A DNA stretch of 64,000 bases from an archaeon. GTDB taxonomy: Archaea > Nanobdellota > Nanobdellia > Woesearchaeales > GW2011-AR9. Of the stretch, positions 1 to 9,187 are shown piece after piece. The notes beneath the pieces were generated by a model. The model searched no databases and had not been told where the DNA came from. It was given only the letters and a program-made list of their open reading frames with translations. The stretch's first letter is position 1. Every line of letters begins with the position of its first letter. The position numbers and the translations under genes are program-made. The stretch spans positions 682 to 64,681 of the forward strand of contig JABHRS010000036.1 of the NCBI GenBank assembly GCA_018670085.1, in the 5' to 3' direction.

Positions 1-3000
1 TACTTTGATCAAAATGTTTTAGGTTACGCTGTTAACGAGCCTTTAATTAAATTTAATCATAACATTCATTTAAGAGTCCCGGTTGGTGATTGGCCAGACA
101 TTGAAACAATTGAAATCCAATCTCATAATTCAGAAAACCCAATTGAAGTATTAAGTATGTATCTAACAAAAGAGGATGATATCATTAATGATGAAGTTCT
201 AATCTGTAGTGGCGAAGATGATACTGACGAGAGTAGTTGGTTAACTGATTTAGATAAAAGTGATAACACTGATATTGGTGGTCAATCAATTTGTCAAAAA
301 CGTTATGGCGATAATGCTTGGTTAGGTGAAGATTATACTGACGAAGTTGCAAATGAAGGAGCACCTTGTTGTGGTGATGATGCTAATGAATTTTATGATG
401 AGTATAGTCTTAACGATCATGCTTGTTTTAATGCCAGGCCTTTAGAAAATGGTGAGACTGCTATGCAAGTTGAGTTTTCAGTAACTTATTCTGAAACACC
501 GTCTGAATTTAATGAAGAGAGTAGTCTTCTTGATCAAGAGTTTAGTCTAGATATCGATGGTATTGGAGCGATTCCAATAGTTGGATTCGAGTGGGATTGC
601 GACGAACAAACTTATACTGGTATGACTGATTTTTTAACAGACGCTTGCCCTGATGGCGGCCCAGAATTAACAGGGGATTGCAGTGATGATGATCTTAATG
701 CTGGCGAATCTTCACTTGCATGTACAAGTGGAAATGAAGGCGCAGGTTATCAAGTTGAAAACTGTGAGTACACTGATAGTGATGGGGCAGACCAGAGTGA
801 TAATTGTTTATTATACGATGAAAATTATGAAATTGATTGTGAATCAACTACTAATCCAACTCAAGTTTGTAATGAGCAATACAATGTGGGTGATTGTGGC
901 GCTTATACAAGTTGGAATTATAATTTAGAAGTTACTTGTGATCAAAACTCAGACTATGGTCATCTTCCATATAGAACAGCAGTTGATCTAGATGATATCT
1001 CTGAGGGAGAATTAGTTTACAACGAAGAAGATAGCTCTTACTACATTAGCTCCGGTGGAACAGCAGAGCTTCAAGGAACACTAACTGTCAATTACGACGA
1101 GTCTCCAAAAATACTTTCAGTTCAAGAAGTTAATTTAGATGAAGTCTTGAGTTATCCAGATAACACTGAGTTAGAATTGTCCGTTATCCAAAACGCACCA
1201 ACACATAATTCAAATGTAGATGTTTATATCTTCACGCCACACGACCAAAGAAAGTACAGTAGTGGAGAGATCACTTTATCTTATGATTCAGGTTTGCCAA
1301 CAGAATTTATTTATTATGTTGTAGCTGAAACTTCCCTCATCGAAACAACCATCGCTGAAGACATCACAGTTACTCCAACTGAACCTTTCTCATACACTTG
1401 TCTTTCCGAAGAATGTATTTACGCACTCCCTGGAAACGCACCATACAAAATCACTAATGAACACCAAGAACTTTATGATATGTATTTTGTTCACGAAAAT
1501 GGAATTGATGAAACTCTAATCACTACAACTAATCAAGCATTCGACGAAATTGGTGTCCTAAGAGTCAAATCAATTGCTCAGCAAATTTTATTCGACTACG
1601 ATCAAGATGATGAAGAAGGCGGATTTTATGGTTGTCAGGCAGCAGACTTAGTTGACACTGAACTACTTCAACAAAATTTTGATCACTGCACTGTTCAAGG
1701 TGATTACTACTGCGCTCACCAAGACAGTAAACGATTAGTTAATTCTTGGAGTCAAGATACCATCACTCAAATTGGTTATGAACCAGTTGACGAGTTTGAT
1801 GAAGACACTGAACTAACTTTGCAAGCAGCATCCTATTCTGCAACTGAGAGAAACCATAGCACAGCTTCGGTTCCTCAAAGAAACATTATTCCAAATGCGG
1901 ACTTTTCACACAATAGTGGAAACGATGTTTTGTTTTGGCAACTTTTAAACAGTGCAAGTACTACTTACGATAACGAGCAAGGCCAAGTTGAAGATACTGG
2001 GTTTGAAATTTCAACTTCCTACACCTTAAAATCCGATAAAATTGCGATAAAAAAATATGAAACTTATTCATACAGTGATTCTTCCGAAGAATGTACAACT
2101 TCACTTTATTTAGTTAACAAAGATGGTGATAGTGAATATGTAACTGTACCAGAATATTTTGAATCATTAGACAATTCCTATTTAATCATAGAAGTTTCTG
2201 GTAGTTGCGACTACTTCGAACCAATGCTTCAACGTGTTGATGACTTAGGGCCAAATGATTTCGAATACAACCTTGACTTCCCAGAAAGACAAGGGGCTGC
2301 TTGTTGTCCTGAAGGCATGTGTCACAACGGTTACGTTTGTGTTAACAACATGGCTGAGTATACTTATATGACTGAAGAGCCTCAAGAAAATATGACTTAC
2401 CGTTGTATTGATGGGGCATGGAGCTACCTCGAACCACAATATGATTGGAATGGCGAGGAGTTTGGTTTTTGTGAAGCAGAGGAACAATGTTTTGTAACTT
2501 CCACTTTGAGTGAGGGTGCAGAGTATGGAGCAACAACAGAAGACTTTTACAATGGAGTTTATCCTTATTGTATTAATGATGGCGAGTACCTTTTAGATCA
2601 TTACTGTGAATCTGGTGAGTGGTCTTCTAGAACCAAATTTTTAGCAACTAAATTGTTAGAATTCGCTGAGACTGACGAATTTGTATTATACTGTGCTCCT
2701 TTTGATCAAGCGTTACCTGATTATGATGTTGATGGTTACAACTATCAAAATTATTTAGGTGGGGAAGTTTCTACAACTGAAACCACAACTGACAGCTTAG
2801 GCGCTGAGTTATCGGGAGAATCCTCTAGTGGATCAACTATTGAAGTTTGTTATGATGCTTTAGAAAATTCTGAAACTGGAAGACGTTTAGTTGCCCAAGA
2901 AGAAAACACTTGTGTAAATGCAGTTTGTGTTTTGCAATATAAATCTGGTGACGGATTCTCAGCAGCTTTCGCAACAAGTATGAATCATAATATAACAAGT

Positions 3001-3552
3001 GATGAATCATTTTTAATCCCGTTAGGTGTCTCTCAAGGGGAACTTGACACTTACTGTACTAGTGAAACTGAAACCGATGATTATATTCAATGTGACGATG
3101 CACTTTGGTATTCAGAAGGAATTAACTCTGTCATCTATGCAAAAGATGGAATTAGTTTTGATCCAAGTGTAATTGATACTATTGTTGATTGGTTCCTTGG
3201 TATTTTTGGTACTGATGTAATTGAAGACAGTGAGAATTTTATTCAAGAAGCTCAGAATTTTAACACATTGTATCTATTAAGTAAAGAAGGTGTGACTATT
3301 AGAGCAGTTCAAGAAGTTGAACCAGAAAGAGAAACACTCGTTGCTGAGTTTGAAGGATTTTCAACTCCAGTTTGTGATTATATTAATAATGTTGATGAAG
3401 AGTTTGTGAGAGTTGATCAGTGGCCAGCTGAGCCAGAGTATTTAGTAGACTGTGAACTTACTGAAGCTGGAGTGTACAGAGTAATGACTGCCACCAATAC
3501 TGACTATTGGTGGCCACAGTTAACTAGTAAGATCAGGGTAACTGACCAATAA
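1..3552 (+). CDS. Giant acidic cysteine-rich extracellular protein; 5' end lies outside the window
   Basis: Frame 1 is open from base 1 (YFDQNVLGYAVNEP...) into the listed ORF 157..3552, so the listed Met is probably internal. D/E/T/S-rich with many Cys, including CC pairs (APCCGDDANEF, AACCPEGMCHNGYVC). No TM segment. TAA stop at 3550-3552. Confidence 0.7.
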   Translation, partial: YFDQNVLGYAVNEPLIKFNHNIHLRVPVGDWPDIETIEIQSHNSENPIEVLSMYLTKEDDIINDEVLICSGEDDTDESSWLTDLDKSDNTDIGGQSICQKRYGDNAWLGEDYTDEVANEGAPCCGDDANEFYDEYSLNDHACFNARPLENGETAMQVEFSVTYSETPSEFNEESSLLDQEFSLDIDGIGAIPIVGFEWDCDEQTYTGMTDFLTDACPDGGPELTGDCSDDDLNAGESSLACTSGNEGAGYQVENCEYTDSDGADQSDNCLLYDENYEIDCESTTNPTQVCNEQYNVGDCGAYTSWNYNLEVTCDQNSDYGHLPYRTAVDLDDISEGELVYNEEDSSYYISSGGTAELQGTLTVNYDESPKILSVQEVNLDEVLSYPDNTELELSVIQNAPTHNSNVDVYIFTPHDQRKYSSGEITLSYDSGLPTEFIYYVVAETSLIETTIAEDITVTPTEPFSYTCLSEECIYALPGNAPYKITNEHQELYDMYFVHENGIDETLITTTNQAFDEIGVLRVKSIAQQILFDYDQDDEEGGFYGCQAADLVDTELLQQNFDHCTVQGDYYCAHQDSKRLVNSWSQDTITQIGYEPVDEFDEDTELTLQAASYSATERNHSTASVPQRNIIPNADFSHNSGNDVLFWQLLNSASTTYDNEQGQVEDTGFEISTSYTLKSDKIAIKKYETYSYSDSSEECTTSLYLVNKDGDSEYVTVPEYFESLDNSYLIIEVSGSCDYFEPMLQRVDDLGPNDFEYNLDFPERQGAACCPEGMCHNGYVCVNNMAEYTYMTEEPQENMTYRCIDGAWSYLEPQYDWNGEEFGFCEAEEQCFVTSTLSEGAEYGATTEDFYNGVYPYCINDGEYLLDHYCESGEWSSRTKFLATKLLEFAETDEFVLYCAPFDQALPDYDVDGYNYQNYLGGEVSTTETTTDSLGAELSGESSSGSTIEVCYDALENSETGRRLVAQEENTCVNAVCVLQYKSGDGFSAAFATSMNHNITSDESFLIPLGVSQGELDTYCTSETETDDYIQCDDALWYSEGINSVIYAKDGISFDPSVIDTIVDWFLGIFGTDVIEDSENFIQEAQNFNTLYLLSKEGVTIRAVQEVEPERETLVAEFEGFSTPVCDYINNVDEEFVRVDQWPAEPEYLVDCELTEAGVYRVMTATNTDYWWPQLTSKIRVTDQ

Positions 3553-3610
3553 ACAGCTTATTTTTAAACAACATATAAAAACAATAATTTCTTTCTTTAC
3601 TTTGAGATAG

Positions 3611-6106
3611 ATGGTAACTTCAAAAAAAGCTCAAATCACAATTTTCATTTTATTAGGGATGGTAATGCTCTCAGCTGCTGCTTTCCTTTTTTTTCTAGTC
3701 TCATCAACAACCGTTCAACAGTTAGAAACAGAGCAAGAAACTAGTATTGCAGGTATCTTTCAAAAGGAAGGACTTAGGCTTTTTGTTGAAGACTGTCTTA
3801 AAGATTCTTTAGAAGAAGGATTAGTCAAAGTTGGTGAAGGTGGTAGAATTTGGCATGACACAACTGAGCTTGAAGGAGCTTTGGCATTTTCAGAAGATTA
3901 TAATGGAATTAACTATGAAAACAATCTATACTATCTTGGATTAACCAACGATCTTAATTTTGAATTCCAAGAAGCTTACCCTTGTGAAGAGTATCTTGAC
4001 GAACCATATGTTTATTGTAAGTATATTCATGAAGATTCAGCAGACTTTGGGCATAAAGAAGGTTTAACAAAAACTAGTATAGCTTCAGATTTAGAAAAAT
4101 TTGTGAAAAACAACACCTTAGATTGTGTTCAAGAATTTTTATCCAGTGAACTTTCTTATAGTGGTGATTTAGGTGAGGGCGAACTTACTTTAAATTTAGA
4201 TATTCAAACAGATGGGATTAATATCGATGCCAAGTATCCGTTAGAACTTACAGTTGAAGGTGAAACTTATTTTCATCTAACCGAGTTTGATTATTTTTAC
4301 CCAAGTTCATTTCAAACATTTTTACTAAAAGCAGTTACAACACCTCTAACAAAAGAACAAGGAGATGTAAATTTTAATTGGACCGAAGAGGAGTTAATTG
4401 GAAATGGAAGAAATAGTTATTCATTATTATCTCCAACTTTAACAGTTACTGAAGTTGAAGAAACAACTGAGGGTTTAGGTCATAGAGTAATCAACTATCA
4501 GTTAGATGCTGGCCACATTTTAGAAAACGACCCATACAGCTTCTCATTTGCTATTCAAAATCGTCCACCTTCATTAGATTATATTCAAAGAGAGGCCTGT
4601 ACAGATTATGATTTTACAATTATTCCAGATAGTAATCGAGAGTTTGAGTCAATTAATATTTCAGCCATTGCTTATGATCCTGATCAAGACGAAATCACTT
4701 TTGAATATTATCCTGAAGATGCAATAGATGAATCAAGTTTTTTTGAGTGGATTCAAATAAATGATGATGTGGAATATGTTTCAAACATTTCAGCAAACAT
4801 CCCTGAGGAATTTGTTGATAATGATTTGTTTGGAATTTATGAGGTTCGAATAAACGCAACAGACACACATGGTTTATCTGATTGGCAAGACGTCAGGGTC
4901 TTAATTGACAGGCCATTAGAAATCAAGCTTGATATTGTAAACGCATATACTCAAATTAGTCCAAACCCTGTGAACTCCATTTATGCTTATCCAACAATCT
5001 CAACTGAAGATCCGTTTTACATCTCTGTTGTAACACCAGAAGATTCAGCAGCTGGTGATGTAACTCAAGAAGTCAAATTAATTTATACTGATCCAGAACA
5101 CATTGGTGATTTTGAGTATGTGCTTCCAGGTGGTTTAGATTTAGAAAACTGTTTTAGTTTTCCTTGGAAAGCAGAGTCTGGTGCTGCTTGTTCATTAGAT
5201 TCATATTCAGAAGCAGAATTATTAGCTTGGAAAGAATTAATTGAAACACCACTCCCATACTCGCATATGAGTTATTCTGGTGACGCTGATGCAGCCTTGG
5301 GTTTAATTGGAACTATGGAGGTTGTTGTTAGCGCAAACTATTGTTCAACATTTACTCAAAAAGATTCTGTAACTCAAAATGTGAATGTAGTTGAATGTAT
5401 CTCTTATGATAATCCAGAACACAAATGGGCTTACCCTTATCACAAATCAACTTATGACGAAGCAACTGGAGAGTACATTCACGAAGATGAAGATGTCAAT
5501 CCTTTTGAAGCAAGTCATAGTTGTTGTGAAAATTTTGTACATAAAGAAGCAGGGGAAATTTGTTATGAAAGTCCAGATGGTTGTTATGGTCAAATCCCTG
5601 GAAAAACTGAAGGTAAGAAAGGTTACGTTTTAGAAAATATTTTTGACAAATGTTCTGGAGAACGTGGAAACATTTGTGGAACTTTAGATGAGGATGGTCA
5701 AAGTTTAACTCAAGACCATCAGTTAGCAACATTGATTATGACTTGTGGGTTTAATGGCCAAAATGATTGTACCAATATCGAACCAGAGTGCCAAGGTGTA
5801 AATTCTTGGGATACAGTTGATGGGGAGATTTGGTGCCATGGAACAATGGGTTGTGAAAATGTTTGTCGAAAGTCAGAAAACAATTTTCCAATCTATATTG
5901 GTAATGATCCAAACTTTGTTGGAACTATTTCTAGTAATCCTAATGGGTTTGCAAGTATTGCATATATTAATGGTTTCCAAGAAGACAGTGACTTAATAGT
6001 TGAGTGTGGAACTTGTAGTGGAAGAGACAGTAATGAACCTTGTGACTTAAATTACAATGGGCAATTTGATGGTGTTTGTAGTAATGGTGCTTGCGTAAGC
6101 AACTAA
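3611..6106 (+). CDS. Large Cys-rich extracellular protein with a pilin-like (class III) signal peptide
   Basis: N-terminus MVTSKKAQITIFILLGMVMLSAAAFLFFLV has basic residues, Ala, Gln, then a roughly 22-aa hydrophobic stretch. The C-terminal third is Cys-dense (SHSCCENFVHKEAGEICY, CGTCSGRDSNEPC). It starts 59 nt after the upstream giant ORF on the same strand. Confidence 0.7.
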   Translation: MVTSKKAQITIFILLGMVMLSAAAFLFFLVSSTTVQQLETEQETSIAGIFQKEGLRLFVEDCLKDSLEEGLVKVGEGGRIWHDTTELEGALAFSEDYNGINYENNLYYLGLTNDLNFEFQEAYPCEEYLDEPYVYCKYIHEDSADFGHKEGLTKTSIASDLEKFVKNNTLDCVQEFLSSELSYSGDLGEGELTLNLDIQTDGINIDAKYPLELTVEGETYFHLTEFDYFYPSSFQTFLLKAVTTPLTKEQGDVNFNWTEEELIGNGRNSYSLLSPTLTVTEVEETTEGLGHRVINYQLDAGHILENDPYSFSFAIQNRPPSLDYIQREACTDYDFTIIPDSNREFESINISAIAYDPDQDEITFEYYPEDAIDESSFFEWIQINDDVEYVSNISANIPEEFVDNDLFGIYEVRINATDTHGLSDWQDVRVLIDRPLEIKLDIVNAYTQISPNPVNSIYAYPTISTEDPFYISVVTPEDSAAGDVTQEVKLIYTDPEHIGDFEYVLPGGLDLENCFSFPWKAESGAACSLDSYSEAELLAWKELIETPLPYSHMSYSGDADAALGLIGTMEVVVSANYCSTFTQKDSVTQNVNVVECISYDNPEHKWAYPYHKSTYDEATGEYIHEDEDVNPFEASHSCCENFVHKEAGEICYESPDGCYGQIPGKTEGKKGYVLENIFDKCSGERGNICGTLDEDGQSLTQDHQLATLIMTCGFNGQNDCTNIEPECQGVNSWDTVDGEIWCHGTMGCENVCRKSENNFPIYIGNDPNFVGTISSNPNGFASIAYINGFQEDSDLIVECGTCSGRDSNEPCDLNYNGQFDGVCSNGACVSN

Positions 6107-6112
6107 GAATTT

Positions 6113-7534
6113 CTAAAACCTATCAACACTGAAATAATTAAAATCTGGTCCGTCATTATAGGCATTATTAATTTCAATTGTCAACAGATCCAAATCTCCA
6201 GCATTAATTGGAAAATCTTCAAAACAATTATCTTGGCTAAATAATAATGTGCTTTCATTAATGTACACACTTATGTGTCCTTGGGAGTCCACAATTTCTA
6301 ATTGATAATTTTCTCCAGGATTTAATGTTCTTTCATCGCCTTCTACATATCTGTTGTTCACAAAATCATAACATTCAGCCCAAATTTTCCCTTCGTGGTT
6401 CCAAATTTGTACATAGCCATCGTAAAATTCAACTCCTCCACTTTCTGCGACTCTCGCTTCGGCCTTTATCTGTATATCATAGCCAGTCCCACTAACGATC
6501 TCACTTAGCATCCGAAAACTATGTTCGTGTTCACCAGTCACATCGATATATAACCCATGCGTTGCTTTGGCAGCTTCTTCGAATTTCATTTTCCCACCAG
6601 AAAGAGTAGGGTATCCACTTTCAAAATTCCAGTCAGAAGACAGATCTCCATCATTAAAATCATCACAAAAAAATTCATCTCCGGAACATTCAAAATCTGA
6701 TCCTCCACCAGACCCAGATCCTGAACTACTTCCTCCTTCATCAATTTCACCATCACAATCATCATCAATTTTATTGTCTGTATAAGTTTCAGTTGACGCA
6801 GGAGTATAACAATAATTTAGCACCATCCCTCCACTTGGAGATACCCATCCATCTAAGTTTGGAATGAATCCAAATCTTTGAAATGCAACACATTCTTCAG
6901 CTTCCTTTAGTTCCAAATCATTAACAAAGATCCCAAGAATAGTTTGAATTGTTTCTGATACTGTATTGATCGCTGCAACTGGTGAAGTTTTTGAAGCTCC
7001 CGCATAAAGCATTGATGGCAACTTTCTTTCGTCTTTGATATCTTCAAAAAGACTACAACCAAAATATCCCCATCCATTATTCTTCTCATGCAAGACCCAA
7101 TCAACAAACTGGCGCGAAGACTTCTGCAACGACTCATTTTTCTTACGAGTCACACTCCATCCTTGCCAAGTGTTTGAAGTTAAAGTTAAAGTATGCGAAG
7201 AGTTATGTTCATAAATTTGAAAGTCTGTTGTGTTGTAATCAGGATGCTCAGAGTAAAATGCTTCTGAACCATCTCCATCAAAGAATACTACAAGTGCGCC
7301 AGCAACGCCAGGCCCAGAACTAGTTTCACTTTTCACATAGATAGTTACATCTTCTCCACTTTGATCATCTACAAATTTGGCAATTCCAGAAGAATCAGTT
7401 AGTTTCTGTGTAACCTCAAAATGAGGCACAGATTTTATCTCCTCAATGGCAGGTTTCTGGCAACTAATGAATGGTAGTGTGAGTAATAGTGGTAACATTG
7501 ATTTATTTCTACTTACAATTTTTTCTAAACTCAT
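6113..7534 (-). CDS. Putative secreted lipoprotein with a MopE-like metal-binding motif and a concanavalin/LamG-like C-terminal domain
   Basis: Signal peptide ends in the lipobox-like LPFISC. DDDCDGEIDEGG motif, a Gly/Ser linker, then FCDDFNDGDLSSDWNF, typical of concanavalin-like lectin folds. Confidence 0.6.
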   Translation of the reverse strand: MSLEKIVSRNKSMLPLLLTLPFISCQKPAIEEIKSVPHFEVTQKLTDSSGIAKFVDDQSGEDVTIYVKSETSSGPGVAGALVVFFDGDGSEAFYSEHPDYNTTDFQIYEHNSSHTLTLTSNTWQGWSVTRKKNESLQKSSRQFVDWVLHEKNNGWGYFGCSLFEDIKDERKLPSMLYAGASKTSPVAAINTVSETIQTILGIFVNDLELKEAEECVAFQRFGFIPNLDGWVSPSGGMVLNYCYTPASTETYTDNKIDDDCDGEIDEGGSSSGSGSGGGSDFECSGDEFFCDDFNDGDLSSDWNFESGYPTLSGGKMKFEEAAKATHGLYIDVTGEHEHSFRMLSEIVSGTGYDIQIKAEARVAESGGVEFYDGYVQIWNHEGKIWAECYDFVNNRYVEGDERTLNPGENYQLEIVDSQGHISVYINESTLLFSQDNCFEDFPINAGDLDLLTIEINNAYNDGPDFNYFSVDRF

Positions 7535-7613
7535 CTTTATTCATAAAACACTTCATATTTAATTATCTTAGCATAGAAAAAGTTTAAGTGCCCATCTTTC
7601 TTTCTTAATCATC

Positions 7614-8690
7614 ATGAAGCTAATCACAAACATAACCTTGTATTTTTTTGTAACAATTCTTCTAGTTTCAACAGCATTAGCAACTTCTGGTTGCTTTTTA
7701 GAACCACAAAGCGATTATTATTGCCAAGAGATAGAACAAACTGAAGCAGACTTTGAATGTTCATTGTTCGATGACTGTTCTTTAGAATCAAGCTTCATTG
7801 AGGATGAAAGCTGCAAGTATTTCACTGAATGTGAACAAATTCTTTGTCAAAGTAATTGTCAAACAATGCCAGCTGGTCTTTGTGAAAGTGGGGAAGTTCC
7901 AGCTGGAGAAGAAGATTTGTGGTGCCAATCTGTTGGTTGTTGTCAATATTACATTGAAGGAGCTGAAGCTGGCTGTCAAATTGAAGAGAATAAATGGTAT
8001 TGTCATATTGCAGCGAGTAATGCTGGTGCAGAAACTTTAAACTGGGACCAAAGTCTCACTCAAACATCTTGCGAGGATACTTGTATTGCAGAAAGTTATC
8101 CTTATCAAACAGAATTATCTAATCCAGATATAGATTATTACTCCGATAACGTCATTGAAGAATCATCAATAGAATCAAAGCAAGAAGTGCTAGGGAGTGA
8201 AACTAACATCTCTAAGGATCAAGGTATTACTCAGAAAATAATTAAAATTTTGGGACCAATTTTTTTGTTATTTATTATCTCATTATTATCAATCTTCTTT
8301 TATGAACACCGTTTTACTATCATTAAGGATTACAAAATGATAGAAAAGAGAATCACCAAAAATAAAAGATCAAAAAAATCAAGTAAAAATTCCAATAAAC
8401 AAGAAGATCAAAACTCATTCAATTCAGATCACCAAATGCCAAAATCAAAATCACAACAGCTTTTGGATCAAGTTGAGCTTATTGCAAAGATCAAACCACA
8501 CCGCAGTCATCATGCACATGTCAGTAAAAGAATACATGCAAAATTGGAATTAACAGAATCCTTTTCAGGATATCAAGAGTCTAAGTTAGAAACAAAGTCT
8601 AGTATTAGTAAGTTAGCTCATCTCGCAAAGAAGTATCAACGTAAATTAAAACGAAAAGAGAAGTATCGGAAGAGATTAAATGACAAATAA
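7614..8690 (+). CDS. Cys-rich surface protein with a lipobox-like signal peptide, one TM anchor and a Lys/Ser-rich cytoplasmic tail
   Basis: MKLITNITLYFFVTILLVSTALATSGC, a Cys-rich ectodomain (SVGCCQYY), TM segment ILGPIFLLFIISLLSIFFY, and a basic tail. Confidence 0.6.
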   Translation: MKLITNITLYFFVTILLVSTALATSGCFLEPQSDYYCQEIEQTEADFECSLFDDCSLESSFIEDESCKYFTECEQILCQSNCQTMPAGLCESGEVPAGEEDLWCQSVGCCQYYIEGAEAGCQIEENKWYCHIAASNAGAETLNWDQSLTQTSCEDTCIAESYPYQTELSNPDIDYYSDNVIEESSIESKQEVLGSETNISKDQGITQKIIKILGPIFLLFIISLLSIFFYEHRFTIIKDYKMIEKRITKNKRSKKSSKNSNKQEDQNSFNSDHQMPKSKSQQLLDQVELIAKIKPHRSHHAHVSKRIHAKLELTESFSGYQESKLETKSSISKLAHLAKKYQRKLKRKEKYRKRLNDK

Positions 8691-8809
8691 AAGAACTAAT
8701 CAAATTTTACTTATAGATGGTAATTAATCAATTCCAAACATTTAAATATCCTAAAATGATTATTCATTATCTAGCTTACAGTAAACAAAACAATCAAGAG
8801 GTGGATTAG

Positions 8810-9055
8810 ATGTCAGCATTATCAATGTCAGAAGTAATTTTAGCAGTTATTATCGGAACTCTAGCAGCAATTGTATATTCATTAAGAGTATTAATTTTAT
8901 TAGAGCGTCGTGTGGCTAATATGGAGATGCATATTCAAGGAATGGCAAGACACGTATTAAGTGACGAGAAGAAGATTCTTAACGCAGTTTCCAGGAAGAG
9001 ATCTCCTGCTAAAAGAAAACCTGCTAAAAGAGCTACAAAACGTAGAAAAAGATAA
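8810..9055 (+). CDS. Small single-TM protein with an Arg/Lys-rich tail
   Basis: SD GAGGTGGA lies 5-6 nt before the ATG. TM segment VILAVIIGTLAAIVYSLRVLILL; tail KRSPAKRKPAKRATKRRKR. Confidence 0.55.
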   Translation: MSALSMSEVILAVIIGTLAAIVYSLRVLILLERRVANMEMHIQGMARHVLSDEKKILNAVSRKRSPAKRKPAKRATKRRKR

Positions 9056-9081
9056 TTTTTTTTTCTTTTTTCTCTTTTTTT
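9056..9081 (+). terminator. Oligo-T tract directly after the stop codon
   Basis: The 26 nt after the TAA are almost pure T (tttttttttcttttttctcttttttt), which is the archaeal oligo-T terminator type. Confidence 0.35.
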
Positions 9082-9187
9082 AAAAATTAAATCAAACATT
9101 TCTGTTCTTTTAATTTATCAATTCAAGGAAAGTTATTAAAAATCAAATTAGAAAATTTATTCTGATCAGCTGTCAATTACTACTAGC

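Noticed and set aside
683-2536. Short ORFs (683..928 plus strand, 2245..2487 and 2342..2536 minus strand) inside the giant ORF
   Set aside because: They are embedded in or antisense to a much longer, compositionally coherent ORF. Their sequences are low-complexity and typical of off-frame translation. They have no start signals.
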